In this document: positions 35,056 to 46,070 of the stretch, piece by piece | Numbering within the stretch: position 1 is the stretch's first letter | Layout of the letters: every line of letters begins with the position of its first letter | Virus record (IMG/VR): IMGVR_UViG_3300047567_000058 | Span: 80,405-144,404 of that record | Length of the DNA stretch: 64,000 nucleotides | Origin: a virus | Lineage: Duplodnaviria > Heunggongvirae > Uroviricota > Caudoviricetes | Direction: 5' to 3' (one strand) | Program-made: the position numbers and the translations under genes | Notes under the pieces: generated by a model | Told to the model about the DNA's origin: nothing | The model's database searches: none | The model's input: only the letters and a program-made list of their open reading frames with translations

Positions 35056-35429
35056 CTTCCAACGAGATAAAGACGCTCTTGACGACGACGTTCGGGGAGA
35101 CGATCCTAGGATCGGATTCCAATCCGGCATGGTGCTCGCTCAACACGGTGGCGTTCATCGGGGTGTCGGACGACGAGATGTACTTCTCCAATCCGCTGAC
35201 GTGCCAATATCTGTTCCTGCCTACCGTGATACTCATGAGAAAGACCTGCGACCCTGTTGCATGGGCTGACGGAATGACGACGGACAGCACTCATTTCAAA
35301 GTAGCTGATTTCGATGGGAAGTTCTATCGCGTCAGCCTTGAAAGCCCAGGTCACTACAACAGCACCTATGGGTATTTCAACGTCATACAATCCTACAGCA
35401 CGATAACCGGGCTGTACCGACTTCACTAA
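35052..35429 (+). CDS. small late protein, MTSNEI paralog 4
   Basis: 125 aa. Confidence 0.75.
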   Translation: MTSNEIKTLLTTTFGETILGSDSNPAWCSLNTVAFIGVSDDEMYFSNPLTCQYLFLPTVILMRKTCDPVAWADGMTTDSTHFKVADFDGKFYRVSLESPGHYNSTYGYFNVIQSYSTITGLYRLH

Positions 35430-35468
35430 AAAAGAGTCAGAGCGGCATGCCCTGACTCTATTTTTTGT
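35429..35468. terminator. bidirectional terminator
   Basis: AGAGTCAG/CTGACTCT flanked by A and T runs. Confidence 0.7.
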
Positions 35469-35940
35469 TGTAGCGATAGCTCTTGACCGACGACAATGCC
35501 TGCGTCACCTTGGTGAATTCAGACAGCGACGAATATGACTCAGGGTCAGACTTGGATGACTCGACTTCGTCTTTCTTTGCCACGATAAGCTGATTGACGT
35601 CAGTCAGCCTTTCGGGAGGAAGCACTTTGATGACCGGCTTGTCGAAATCGAATAGCGATGGTATCCCGGCGAAATACATCACGAGGAAATCAAGGCCAGG
35701 GGTGCCGTAATAGTTCTCGGCGAACGCCGCCGGGGAATAATAAAATTTTTCGTCAACCGAGCAATCCGTGAGATACTTCTCGAAATAATCGTAATAATCA
35801 TCGAGTATCGTTCCGATGAACAGAACATGGCTTCCGCTGTACTTGACGTATTTAGACACGCGGTCTACCGACCACGTGTCGTCTGACGCATCAGCTGTCA
35901 TCGTAACTACGGTCTTGTCGCTATCAGATTTGTTTTTCAT
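35458..35940 (-). CDS. putative baseplate wedge protein (T4 gp53/LysM-like)
   Basis: FYYSPAAFAENYYGTPGLDFLVMYFAGI resembles the gp53-type Y.PD.IS..YG....W motif (by eye). Confidence 0.45.
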   Translation of the reverse strand: MKNKSDSDKTVVTMTADASDDTWSVDRVSKYVKYSGSHVLFIGTILDDYYDYFEKYLTDCSVDEKFYYSPAAFAENYYGTPGLDFLVMYFAGIPSLFDFDKPVIKVLPPERLTDVNQLIVAKKDEVESSKSDPESYSSLSEFTKVTQALSSVKSYRYNKK

Positions 35941-37127
35941 TTATTAAGGCTCTTCAATAAATCTGCCATGCTGGCTGGCTTGGCAACTCCGTCTGCGGAA
36001 TAAATAGTTCCAGTCGATACCTTGGCAGCCGCTGGCTTAGTCTCTTCCTTAACGACGGATGCTTCCTTATTGTCGGACACGGCTTTATCAGCCGATTTTA
36101 CATCAACATTTGCTTTGGCATCATCTACTTTGACATCAGCGGCTGCGACGGATTCAACTTTGGAATCGGCCACGTCTGACGATGCACTTTCGGTTGCTTC
36201 GGAAGCCGTTTCTTCTGTTGCGGAGGAGTCGTCAGCGGATGACTCCGCCGATGACGTCTTCTTTCCGAATAGCTTGGAGAATCCGTATTTGATGTCTGCC
36301 CACGTGTCTTTGAACAGCGATTTTACGGCTGATTTAGCGGCTTTTCCGGCATCGGCTTTGTCATCTGCCGTCAGGCCGAGCTTATTATCGGCATCGGCGT
36401 TCTCCACAGATGCCCCGACGATCTCGGCTGCCGAATCGGATATCGAATCGACTTTCTCATCGATCTTAGCTTTGGCCTCGTCTGAAAGAAGCGATCCTTC
36501 CAGATCAGACGCCGCCGAATCATCGGATGCGTCTAAATCGGCATCTTTGGAAACGCTTTCGACGGTGTCGCCATTCTCGGTGCTGGCTTTCATTATGGTA
36601 TTCAATTCTTGGGCGGCTCTGATCGTCCCGGTCACTATTCCTCCGCTGGCTGAGACATTGTCTATCCCAACGGCTTTGTCGGTCTCTTCGGCTGTGGCGT
36701 CATCCGATACCGTGGCTGCTACTTTGCGTTTGCAGAGCTTGCCATCCTTGTTGAAGTAATATCCGTATTTAACCATCGCCTCTTTTACTGAGCGGCTGCT
36801 ACCCTTGATGTCATCAAGGGTTATTTTCTTTACCTTATAAACGACAAGCCATGCGGTGCTTAGCGCCGACAAAGCTCCGGTGACGTATCCGACGATCTTC
36901 TCCCAAGTGATGGCTCCGTCATCCCCTCGGACGTCGATGAGCCAATCGCGGAATTGCGGAATAAGCGTGATGCAAAGCACTAACGCCGTCAAAACTACGA
37001 TCAGAGCGATCTTCATTATAAGGGATGCGTTCTTTAGAACCCATATTTTGAGGAGAGCTATCCTCAACTTGAAATTAGACATCTCGGAATCCGTCGTTGA
37101 CGATGCGGTTTCATTAGTAGTTGCCAT
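35937..37127 (-). CDS. late membrane protein, two TM plus long acidic low-complexity tail
   Basis: IALIVVLTALVLCITLIP and IVGYVTGALSALSTAWLVVY; Asp/Ser/Ala-rich C-terminus. Confidence 0.75.
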   Translation of the reverse strand: MATTNETASSTTDSEMSNFKLRIALLKIWVLKNASLIMKIALIVVLTALVLCITLIPQFRDWLIDVRGDDGAITWEKIVGYVTGALSALSTAWLVVYKVKKITLDDIKGSSRSVKEAMVKYGYYFNKDGKLCKRKVAATVSDDATAEETDKAVGIDNVSASGGIVTGTIRAAQELNTIMKASTENGDTVESVSKDADLDASDDSAASDLEGSLLSDEAKAKIDEKVDSISDSAAEIVGASVENADADNKLGLTADDKADAGKAAKSAVKSLFKDTWADIKYGFSKLFGKKTSSAESSADDSSATEETASEATESASSDVADSKVESVAAADVKVDDAKANVDVKSADKAVSDNKEASVVKEETKPAAAKVSTGTIYSADGVAKPASMADLLKSLNK

Positions 37128-37152
37128 TTGTTTAAGCCACCGTGCACATGCG

Positions 37153-37165
37153 ATAATGGATTGTT
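37153..37165 (-). promoter_or_regulatory. AR9-type late promoter motif
   Basis: AACAATCCATTAT. Confidence 0.65.
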
Positions 37166-37210
37166 CGAGGCATTAAAAGAAGGTGCGTTTGGCACCTTCT
37201 CTCATGAGCG

Positions 37211-39784
37211 TCAGATCGTGATGGTCAAGACTCCGCCTGAGAAGCTTATGGCTGCTTTCTGCAAGTATTTAGACGCTTCGGTTCCGCCTAGCTTAGAGCT
37301 GTTAGTCGCGGTTCCGTCAATCGTAGCGGTGATGGTCCCGGCTGAGAAATTGCCATTGGCATCTCTTTGGACGAGAGCCAATCCGGTGTTCGAATTCGTG
37401 TAAGCCGGTCCAGACACAATCGCGCTGGTCCCGTTTCCTACGAGGACTTTATCAGCGGTCAAGCTCGTGTTTCCGGTTCCGCCATTCGAGACAGGAATCG
37501 TCCCTGATAGCGTTATGGACGTGTCTCCGGTTCCATAAGACCCGGATCCGCTTAGGCCTGCTCCTGAGATCGCGAACGAGAACGCGCTCTTGAACGACGT
37601 GGCTGTCGATGCGTTTCCTCCGGCGGCGGCAACGAATGAACTCTGATTATAAGACGTATGAACGATTCTGTTTCCGGAGACGTCCCAAGCCATGAAATTT
37701 CCGCCATAGCTGGCGAGAGAGGTAGACGGCTCTCGAGTGGCGAGAGGCTGTAGAGTGTTTATGGCCGATGTGATAGACCCATCGTTCAATCCGGTGCTGA
37801 TATCTCCGACATATGCCGTTCCTGACGCATCCCATCCAAGGAATCCATCATTGGTGCCGTCATATTTAGGAGAGCGCAATCCAACCATTGACGTCAGCGA
37901 AGTCGTGTTGGCTGATCCAAGGGTTATGACATAATCCTCGACAGCGATGGCACTCTTGCTGATAGTCGTGGTATTGCCGGACACGATGATGTTGTTCGCA
38001 TATATCGTAGCCGCCGATACGTTGGTGCTTGAAATGCTGGACGCGACGATATTGTTGGCAGCGAAGCTTCCGGATCCGTCTCTGATGACGACCGCGTTAG
38101 CGTCGGCAGCCGATGACTTCGGCGTGAACACGACTGCTCCGGCGGTGTTTCCGGTTAGAAGCTGGCCGGCAGACAGCGTCTGAAGCCCGGTTCCGCCATT
38201 GGCCACCGATAAGACGCCGTTGAGGTTTAGTCCGATTGAAGACGATCCGTCGAATTGAACGGTTGACGCCGATAATCCGGCAATAGACACTCCGATGCTA
38301 ACTGGAGAGTTCAGCTTCGACGCGGTCGCGGCGTTTCCAATCAAGGCTCCGGAAACGGCCGACACGGCGATACTTCCGCTGGCATCTCTCTTGACGATGG
38401 TATTTGCCTTATTTGAAGAAGTGTCTTCGATCACTCCTACCGCCGAAGACCCATTTCCTACTAGCAGATATCCTGAGCTGAACGAAGTCGATCCAGTTCC
38501 GCCATTGGCGACAGAGAGCGTTCCGCCAAGCGCCAGATTCGCCAGTTTTCCAGTTCCTGCCAGCGATACGGATGCTGCCGATAGGCCGGTGTTTCCGGTT
38601 ATGGCTACGGCTCCGAGTCCATTTGTCGGATTGAACTTCATATCCGAATTTATAAGATTAGTTGAAGTGTCATATATGACTGCGCGGTTTGACGACGATG
38701 CTAAGCCATAAGTGTTAAGAGTGGAGTCGAGGACGGATCTGGTGATATACAGAGTCTGATCGGAGTTTCCGCTGCTGAGAGGGTCGTAGTGCAATCCGAG
38801 GCTATCCGCATAGATCGCGCTGGTATTGAAAACGGCTTGGCTGTTATAGCTTGTAGCGACGATGTTGCCGATGCCGATGACGTAATATTTAGAAGCGGAA
38901 TTCATAGGAGACACATTGACGTTGCTCGAGCTGACTGCAAGGGTTGCCTTGTCAGCGTTTCCTATGAGATTACCAGTGACGCTTCCAACTGCGATATTGC
39001 CTCCGGCGTCGCGTCTGACTATGGCGTTAGCGATGTTTGCCGAAGTTGTGCTGACCGCGACTGCCGGAGACGTCCCGTTTCCAACAAGCACGTATCCGCT
39101 GGGCACCGATGCGACTCCGGTTCCGCCATGGGAAACGTCCATGACTTTGTCAATGACGAGAGGGACGCTGTTTCCTCCATTGAAGCTTACCGATGACGAT
39201 CCAAGCCCGGCGATCGATACCGATATGTCTCTGGCATTCTTCAAATTAACGGCATAGCTTGCCGTTCCTGCGAATGTCGGATCAGACGTGGAGGACCCAA
39301 CGATGCTATTAACGGCTATCGGGGCATTCTGAGAATCAAGGGAAGCGCTGATCAGAGAATCCTTGACGATGCAGGGATTGGAAAGAGACGCTGTTGAGAC
39401 ATCCGTCGTCATGTCCGACGCTACGCCATAGAATATCTCTTTTCTGATATTGGAAATCGTTGTGGCAGCCGTTGACGGCGCCACGGTCATATAGCACGAA
39501 TACGATGACGAATCGCTGACGACATAGAATGACGCCCCGGTGATCCCGGTCGTTGTCTTGTCGTTGCTTACTGATTTAAGAACGCATTTCGTTTTGTCTT
39601 CGGATAATTCGACATAAAGCTTGCACGATCCTGTTGAGGCTGTCATCTCGATGTGGCATCCGACGAGAAACGAAGACGTTTTTTGCATTGTCAGCAATTT
39701 AAACTCAGATCCAGTATTGGATACACTCTGAGATATGGTTCTGTATAATGCTTGCTTTACGCTAGTCAGATCGCTGTTTGCCAT
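37211..39784 (-). CDS. tail fibre-like protein with four GGTG...GNG...RD repeats
   Basis: 857 aa, Ser/Gly/Ala-rich, four ~50 aa repeats. Confidence 0.7.
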   Translation of the reverse strand: MANSDLTSVKQALYRTISQSVSNTGSEFKLLTMQKTSSFLVGCHIEMTASTGSCKLYVELSEDKTKCVLKSVSNDKTTTGITGASFYVVSDSSSYSCYMTVAPSTAATTISNIRKEIFYGVASDMTTDVSTASLSNPCIVKDSLISASLDSQNAPIAVNSIVGSSTSDPTFAGTASYAVNLKNARDISVSIAGLGSSSVSFNGGNSVPLVIDKVMDVSHGGTGVASVPSGYVLVGNGTSPAVAVSTTSANIANAIVRRDAGGNIAVGSVTGNLIGNADKATLAVSSSNVNVSPMNSASKYYVIGIGNIVATSYNSQAVFNTSAIYADSLGLHYDPLSSGNSDQTLYITRSVLDSTLNTYGLASSSNRAVIYDTSTNLINSDMKFNPTNGLGAVAITGNTGLSAASVSLAGTGKLANLALGGTLSVANGGTGSTSFSSGYLLVGNGSSAVGVIEDTSSNKANTIVKRDASGSIAVSAVSGALIGNAATASKLNSPVSIGVSIAGLSASTVQFDGSSSIGLNLNGVLSVANGGTGLQTLSAGQLLTGNTAGAVVFTPKSSAADANAVVIRDGSGSFAANNIVASSISSTNVSAATIYANNIIVSGNTTTISKSAIAVEDYVITLGSANTTSLTSMVGLRSPKYDGTNDGFLGWDASGTAYVGDISTGLNDGSITSAINTLQPLATREPSTSLASYGGNFMAWDVSGNRIVHTSYNQSSFVAAAGGNASTATSFKSAFSFAISGAGLSGSGSYGTGDTSITLSGTIPVSNGGTGNTSLTADKVLVGNGTSAIVSGPAYTNSNTGLALVQRDANGNFSAGTITATIDGTATNSSKLGGTEASKYLQKAAISFSGGVLTITI

Positions 39785-39804
39785 GTTAATAAGCCTCTAC
39801 TGAG

Positions 39805-39817
39805 ATAATTGATTGTT
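39805..39817 (-). promoter_or_regulatory. AR9-type late promoter motif
   Basis: AACAATCAATTAT. Confidence 0.65.
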
Positions 39818-39866
39818 GCGGAGGGCATTTCCGCTTGGGAAAGACGGATTTTATTTTTTTTAATCC

Positions 39867-42068
39867 TCACACCTTGACTTCAACCGTCTTCGAAGACACG
39901 ACATCTGTGGCATAATCGAGCCCGCGAGATGCCGATATCGATAAATGGCTTGAAGCCGTTCCTGAAACGCCATGATGCACATGATAGTTGCTGATGCTTC
40001 CGGAAGTTCCGCTATTGACAAGGTCTATGTATGAGCATCCGTCATCAAACGAATTGCTTGATGAATCCTCTCCGATAGATATGTACATGCATGCTTTTCC
40101 GAATGACGAATATCGCATGACGCTTCCTGATATGCCATGGCATTCGTCTGCGAATGAATTTTCGATGTTTCCTGACCCGGACAGAGTTATATTGCTGCAT
40201 CCGTTTCCGAAATATTCGTTTACGCTGTTTGAGCCAACGAATACGTAGCTGCATTCATCGGACATCCTAAGCCCAGAGCAATCGCCATGGAAATAGTTGT
40301 ATTTGCAATCGTTTCCGATCGTCGTGTTATAAAACTGCGGAAGCATGATGTTGTACATGCTGCCGTATCCTATCTCATTCTTGCTGAATAAAAGCAATAT
40401 GGTTCCTTTGGTGCTTTCGAAGATGTCGTAGCTAAGATCATTGATCCATACGTCTTCTGACGTGGATCCGCGCGACGGGCTTCCTTTGACGACGTTGTTG
40501 TTGCATTCCGATCCTGTTAGGGACAGATCGTAAGATCCGGCTTCGCAATCGAAAGTGTAATAGTATTTTCCAGAATCGAGTCCAACGGATTCGCTTCCAT
40601 TGTTTATGCTGAATCCCTTGTATTTGACGTTCTTGAAATCGTAATCACACTCATTGCCGAATTCATCTCTCATATGGTAAATGACGCCTTTGCCGCTGTA
40701 TGAGTTTATTATCTCGGTCCCGACGACTTTCAGCGACTTGTCCTGGGTGTCGGCTACGTAGATATCCCCTATTTTGATGACGACGAATAAGGAATCACCT
40801 ATTTTGAGAATATTCGGGGCGATCGTCGTTCCGATGCCGTATATCGAAGATCCGGCCGGCATATACGAAGAAAGGATCTTCGTGTATTGCTTGGCGATGC
40901 TGTCGTTTGTTAAAAGATATGCGGACGATGTCGTCCCGGCAGTGGTATCGGTAATCGTTATGGTTCCTGTTTCCTTTATCCATCCGAACGCGCTGCATTT
41001 GACGAACTTTCCTTCCTGCAAAGCCCATATGTATTTCATCCAGTCATTGTCGATGCAATAGCTTATGTCCCATGCCGATAAGTTGGCATTTGCGAAATAG
41101 TCGTCTCCGTCATGAATGGCGGCCGACGCTTTCTCGCTGATGGAATTTGCCGATATTGCAGTGACGACGAGATCGAATTGATGGCCTGCTGACTGAACGT
41201 CGGACTTGCATGTTGAAAAAGCATAGTCCGTTATTCTGTATTTCTGGCCAGGCATCAATCCTCCTGAGTCGCGCAAAGATTTGAGCTCAGACCATGTTTT
41301 TGCTAAAACGGTCGCGCCTTTGTTATCGATCGCCGTCTGAAGAGACGCGCATACCGCCGATCTGGTGCTCGCTTCCGAGTCGATGAGAGTCTGTATTTTA
41401 TTGTCGGCGTCTCCGCGGATCTTTTGCTCAGCGGCTATGGCTGACGATCTCGTGGATATCTCTGATGATATTGCTGACGCGTTGGCTGCTTCAGATGCCT
41501 TTGCCCTAGCCTCTTCGTCTGAAACTGATTTCTTGCTTGCGTATGAGCTGAGATCGACAGTTCCTGGAAGCGAGTCCCAAGCGGCTCCGTTCCAGGCATA
41601 ATTAGCGCCAGCGGGGACTGACCCGTTTGCGGCATATACGTTATAGGTGTCTCCGACTTGATTGTCGGTTAAAGGAAGAAGATCGTATGATTGAACCGAT
41701 CCTTTGTATTTATAGACTGTCGCTATCTTGGAATCCGTGTATTCTTTGGATTCGCTTAGAGTCGAAGAATCTCCTGATGTGATATACGAATTCAAATATG
41801 TATACATCTCAGATTTCAGCGTGTCGCTTATGGAGCTGCTCTTCAACGCCAGCTCCTGAAGGGTAAGCGTCGTTCCGTCGGTATCGTATATCGCCTCATA
41901 CACCGCGGCTTCCTTCTGGCCTGACACGGCTATTACCATGCCAGGATAAGCCGCAGCGTCTGTCTTTACGAAATTGAGAGCCTCGGCATAGGTATCCCAT
42001 TTCGATTTGGCATCGAGGGCGAATGGCCCATTGCGTTTGTATCCTTTCAAAGCGAGTATGTCTGCCAT
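39867..42068 (-). CDS. tail fibre/receptor-binding-like protein
   Basis: 733 aa; YKYKGSV..Y..LP...GDTYNV module, coiled coil, GQKYRITDY module, C-terminal N.[FI]G..C beta-solenoid-like repeats. Confidence 0.6.
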   Translation of the reverse strand: MADILALKGYKRNGPFALDAKSKWDTYAEALNFVKTDAAAYPGMVIAVSGQKEAAVYEAIYDTDGTTLTLQELALKSSSISDTLKSEMYTYLNSYITSGDSSTLSESKEYTDSKIATVYKYKGSVQSYDLLPLTDNQVGDTYNVYAANGSVPAGANYAWNGAAWDSLPGTVDLSSYASKKSVSDEEARAKASEAANASAISSEISTRSSAIAAEQKIRGDADNKIQTLIDSEASTRSAVCASLQTAIDNKGATVLAKTWSELKSLRDSGGLMPGQKYRITDYAFSTCKSDVQSAGHQFDLVVTAISANSISEKASAAIHDGDDYFANANLSAWDISYCIDNDWMKYIWALQEGKFVKCSAFGWIKETGTITITDTTAGTTSSAYLLTNDSIAKQYTKILSSYMPAGSSIYGIGTTIAPNILKIGDSLFVVIKIGDIYVADTQDKSLKVVGTEIINSYSGKGVIYHMRDEFGNECDYDFKNVKYKGFSINNGSESVGLDSGKYYYTFDCEAGSYDLSLTGSECNNNVVKGSPSRGSTSEDVWINDLSYDIFESTKGTILLLFSKNEIGYGSMYNIMLPQFYNTTIGNDCKYNYFHGDCSGLRMSDECSYVFVGSNSVNEYFGNGCSNITLSGSGNIENSFADECHGISGSVMRYSSFGKACMYISIGEDSSSNSFDDGCSYIDLVNSGTSGSISNYHVHHGVSGTASSHLSISASRGLDYATDVVSSKTVEVKV

Positions 42069-42080
42069 AGTTGGCCCTCC

Positions 42081-44211
42081 TCAGAACTTAAGCCTGAGTT
42101 CGACGTCTTGGCCGAACGGCTGGTCCAATTTATATGTGTACACGAAATACGCCGTTCCTGACGAAGTGTTTCCGTCTGGTCCCGGGACGATATAGCTATT
42201 GGTGTCTTCAGTGAAGAGATCCAGTATTTCGATTCCCTCTTTTACCATCATGACCGAGCTTATGGCGTCTCCGATGGAAATGTTTGCCGGGTAGGCTATG
42301 ACGATGTATCTATCTTTCGTCAGATCGGAATCGGTATCGACGAGATCGACGCTAAGCTCTTGATCGGCATTGGGAAGATCGTAATGCTTTGCCTTTCTTA
42401 TGTCTGATGCTGCCAAAGCTGCCCCTTTGGTTAGATAAACGTATCCGACGAACATCTTTCTAACGCCATCGACTTCACCTTCATACGACGATGATCCGGC
42501 AGCTATTCCGTATTGACTTCCAGTCGTAGAATCCGTCAATATGTTGGCGTTGTAGTCAGCCGTTACCTTGAACGTCATAGATTTGCCTTCGACTATGTTG
42601 ACGGCGAGCTCCCACTTTCCGCCAAGCGTCTTATCTGGATAGGCTGTCGTCGACTCAGGATAAGTCTGAACAAGATGATATGCCTTGAGGGATCCTCCGT
42701 CGTTTTGGACAAACGAAGGAGTGATGACCACGTTCGTGCTTCCGACTCCTATCTCATTGTCTGCGACGCTGACGCCGCATGTCACGGCAGGCTTAGTTAG
42801 CGTCTTCGGCTCGGAGAATAGCTTAAGGATTACGGCTGACAAAGTCGTTCCTGAGCTTATGACATCGCCATTGGAATATCCGCCCAAACTCGAATTGAGA
42901 GCAACGGGGATGGTCGGCATGAGAACCTCATCGGCCTGAATGGACGATATGGCGTTAATCGCGGCTTGCATTTCTCCAAGGCGATCAGAAAGGGTCTTGG
43001 TGGAATCGGCCGTGTCTTTGATCATATCGATGCTCAATCCTGATTTGAACGCCGATATCTGGCTGTTTACGCTTGCGACTAAATTATTTATTTTATCCTC
43101 GAACGCGGACTCGATTTCCTGAACGGATGTCGTTACCGCTCCGGATTTAAGATCATCGGCAAGATTAAGCTGATCGGCGATCAAAGCCGTCGCTTGGGCC
43201 TTTGTCATGTATTCGCTGTGCGTATGAAAGAAGTCCGCATACACCCCATCGTGATTATGATTGGCCGATGCGAATTGCGAATGCGTGTGCTGACGAAGGG
43301 CGTATGTATCTGACGCCTCAGCCTTGGTAAGATATTTATTGAGGTTTATAGATCCGTTGGTGATGCTTGAAAGGAAATCCTGCTTGGTGATGTATTCTTT
43401 GCTTATGGAATCCATTATCCCCGTGATTCCGTTGCGGATCACGAGAATCAAGACGTTTTCTCCGGCGTCGAAAGTGTCTCCGCTGGCATCGTCCAGAACG
43501 ATTGTCAAGACATTGCTCGCGCACGTCGCCGTATAAGACGATATGAAATCATGCCCATCGAAAATGAGCAGTTGGTCACCGAGCGACGCGTCATAATGCA
43601 CATCGGACACGATTAGCTTCTTGGTGTCATCTCCGGCATTGATTGTGACTTTCTTTACCTGGAACGTCTGCGACGGAAGGAAGTTGTTGGTCCATTCATA
43701 GGATCCCGTAGCCGTCTCCGTGAGATAAAGGTTCTTTCCAGCCATGTCGGAAGGAACCGCCGGAAGCCCGTCAGGAAGATCAACCCAGCTTAGCTTGTAT
43801 CCAGATGACGTCGCCGATTCTCCGTCTCCGTCAGACGCGGTGGATATGACCAGCATCTTCTTGGCGTTTACCAATTCGCTGGCGTCGATGTTTCCAAGCT
43901 GATCGAGAAGCTCGATGTTGCTATGGGAATGCGATCCGATGACGACGAGGATCCATTGGCTTGAGTCCCAATCGAATGTGTAATATCTTGGAGAGTCTCC
44001 TTTGACCATCATGGTCAGATTCTCCCCAGATGAGTACGCCTTCCCATTGGCGGTTACCGTAACGGTTCCGTCTGAGGCGGGTAACAGGAGCTGGCAGATT
44101 CGAGAAAGCGTCGACTACTCCTGCTATGACAACCGGTCCTTTGATGAGGACTGAGTCTGAGTTCGTTCCATCTGATTCAAACGTAAGCGTCATTTGATCG
44201 CTCGTTGCCAT
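42081..44211 (-). CDS. tail-associated structural protein (frameshift at 44079-44081)
   Basis: Track ORFs 43921..44211 and 42081..44012 join by removing one base: LPAPVTASDGTVTVTANGK. Confidence 0.65.
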
Positions 44212-44212
44212 G

Positions 44213-44950
44213 TTACTTAACCCCGACCACGCTTATTATCGTGGGAAATACGTATTCTGGAGCAGTGATCGATCCCGAGCCGATCGCGGATTTCCATATT
44301 TTGACCCAAAGGCCGTTATTCCAATAGACCTGCGCGTCCATCAGATACAGACTGGTCGGATTCTCCTCGCTGGCGTATTCTCCGATGCAGTTGCATGCGC
44401 AATGGATCACATTCTGCTTCGATGCGTCAGTCAGAAGGCCAACCGGGGCTGTGACGGAAAAATAATTATATTTCCCCGAAGCGTCGGCATCTGCGCTAAG
44501 CATGAATATTATTCTGATGGAATTTCTATCGGACAAAGATGCCCTAGGAAGGGTTATGCTATCGATGAACCCATTGGCAGCCGAACCTGAGAATAGCGTT
44601 TTCTCGATGAGGCCAACTTCTCCTATGGCCGTCGTAAGCTCCGATTTCGTCGCGTATGTGGCAGCTGCGCTTTCCGTGGTCAGCGACGCGTCAACGCCAT
44701 TCTTGAGAGCGGTTATCTGCGACTGAAGATTGGCGACGTTCTCGGTATTGTAGTCCTTGATTAGCTGAACGATCTCATTGTTTGTCTTATAGGTTCCGCC
44801 GCTGTACTGAATCTTCTTGCCGGCAGCGTTGCCGACGAAGATCTCTTTCGTGTCGGTGGCAAGATAGAACATCTTGTCTATAGTCTCCGCGGCTTCGACT
44901 TCGGCCAATGTTCCGCGGAAGAATCGAATTGTGTCTACAGGTGTGTTCAT
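44213..44950 (-). CDS. tail-associated structural protein
   Basis: IRFFRGTLAEV...FYLATDTKEIFVG N-terminal module typical of fibre proteins. Confidence 0.55.
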   Translation of the reverse strand: MNTPVDTIRFFRGTLAEVEAAETIDKMFYLATDTKEIFVGNAAGKKIQYSGGTYKTNNEIVQLIKDYNTENVANLQSQITALKNGVDASLTTESAAATYATKSELTTAIGEVGLIEKTLFSGSAANGFIDSITLPRASLSDRNSIRIIFMLSADADASGKYNYFSVTAPVGLLTDASKQNVIHCACNCIGEYASEENPTSLYLMDAQVYWNNGLWVKIWKSAIGSGSITAPEYVFPTIISVVGVK

Positions 44951-44981
44951 TTATAGTGGTCCTATCTTGCGTTGAAAGCTG

Positions 44982-44994
44982 ATAATTTATTGTT
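44982..44994 (-). promoter_or_regulatory. AR9-type late promoter motif
   Basis: AACAATAAATTAT. Confidence 0.65.
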
Positions 44995-45019
44995 GCCCGG
45001 GCGTTTTTGGCGGCAAGCA

Positions 45020-45050
45020 AAGAAAAGGCCGTCGTTATGACGGCCTTTGG
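45020..45050 (-). terminator. intrinsic terminator
   Basis: AAAGGCCGTC/GACGGCCTTT hairpin then T run. Confidence 0.7.
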
Positions 45051-45983
45051 CTATTTCTTGGCTTCCCCTGAAATCATGGCATCGAGCTCATCATCGCTCA
45101 TGTCAGACGCTTTCTTCTCAACCGGGGCAGCTTGCTGCTGAGGAGTAACGACATCGCTTCGTCTTGTCGGCTCCTTTGGCTTATCCTCATGGAACGGCTT
45201 CGCCTCAGGCTCTTTTGATTCTGCGGAGTATTTCCAGACTACTGGTTTCTCAGGCTCGTCGTAATCCCTGTGATCTCCGTCGTCTTCTTGCAGACGCTTG
45301 ATAGCGGATTGAGCAGGCTTCTCATCATCTTTGTCAAGATCTTCCTCAATCGGAGAGGTCTCTTTTGAAGCCTCGGCTTTCTTCTTGCGGTCGTATTCCT
45401 CGACATCGACGTCCTTGAGCTGATCGGCATATTCGTGAGCTGAGTCTTTGATGGCTTTGCGAGATGCTTTGATGGCTCGGTATCCTTCCTTGCATAGCGC
45501 GATGAAGTCTTTGACGCAATACATGGCGAACTTGACCAACAGAACGACGTACCCGATAAGGATTATCGTGCAGAACGCTGTATCGAAGAAGGCATAATAC
45601 TGCGGGCCCATGGCCAGCTGGCCACCAACGATCGCGGTTCCTTTCGTGATGACGCCCCACGCATAAACATTGTATTCGCTTCCGCCGAATCCGGTGGTGT
45701 ACGTGAATAATCCTGCGATATCGAACCCGTTGGTGGTGATCCAATTATCCCAAGCGCCGCTTGAGACATCCCAAATTCCGGTATGGGCTCCCCAGATGAA
45801 GTATCCGAAAACAGATCCGGCCCACGTGATCGTGACGATTCGCCACGACATGACGACGATTCCGATGAATCCGACGATGATCAGAAGATGGTCTAGCCAA
45901 GTCTTCTGGCGATAAGCTTTGTAGATTGACACTTTTCCATCATCTCCAATAACCTTAAGGTCATGCTTCTTTAGAGTTGCCAT
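45051..45983 (-). CDS. late membrane protein with charged disordered tail
   Basis: Hydrophobic LLIIVGFIGIVVMSW and FCTIILIGYVVLLVKFAMY segments. Confidence 0.75.
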   Translation of the reverse strand: MATLKKHDLKVIGDDGKVSIYKAYRQKTWLDHLLIIVGFIGIVVMSWRIVTITWAGSVFGYFIWGAHTGIWDVSSGAWDNWITTNGFDIAGLFTYTTGFGGSEYNVYAWGVITKGTAIVGGQLAMGPQYYAFFDTAFCTIILIGYVVLLVKFAMYCVKDFIALCKEGYRAIKASRKAIKDSAHEYADQLKDVDVEEYDRKKKAEASKETSPIEEDLDKDDEKPAQSAIKRLQEDDGDHRDYDEPEKPVVWKYSAESKEPEAKPFHEDKPKEPTRRSDVVTPQQQAAPVEKKASDMSDDELDAMISGEAKK

Positions 45984-46026
45984 ATTTATTTATTGCCTCT
46001 ACCTTTGCCATTTTGGCATTTTAGTG

Positions 46027-46039
46027 ATAATTTGTTGTT
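46027..46039 (-). promoter_or_regulatory. AR9-type late promoter motif
   Basis: AACAACAAATTAT. Confidence 0.65.
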
Positions 46040-46070
46040 CGCGCGGCTACCTAACTATTAGGAAATCCGA

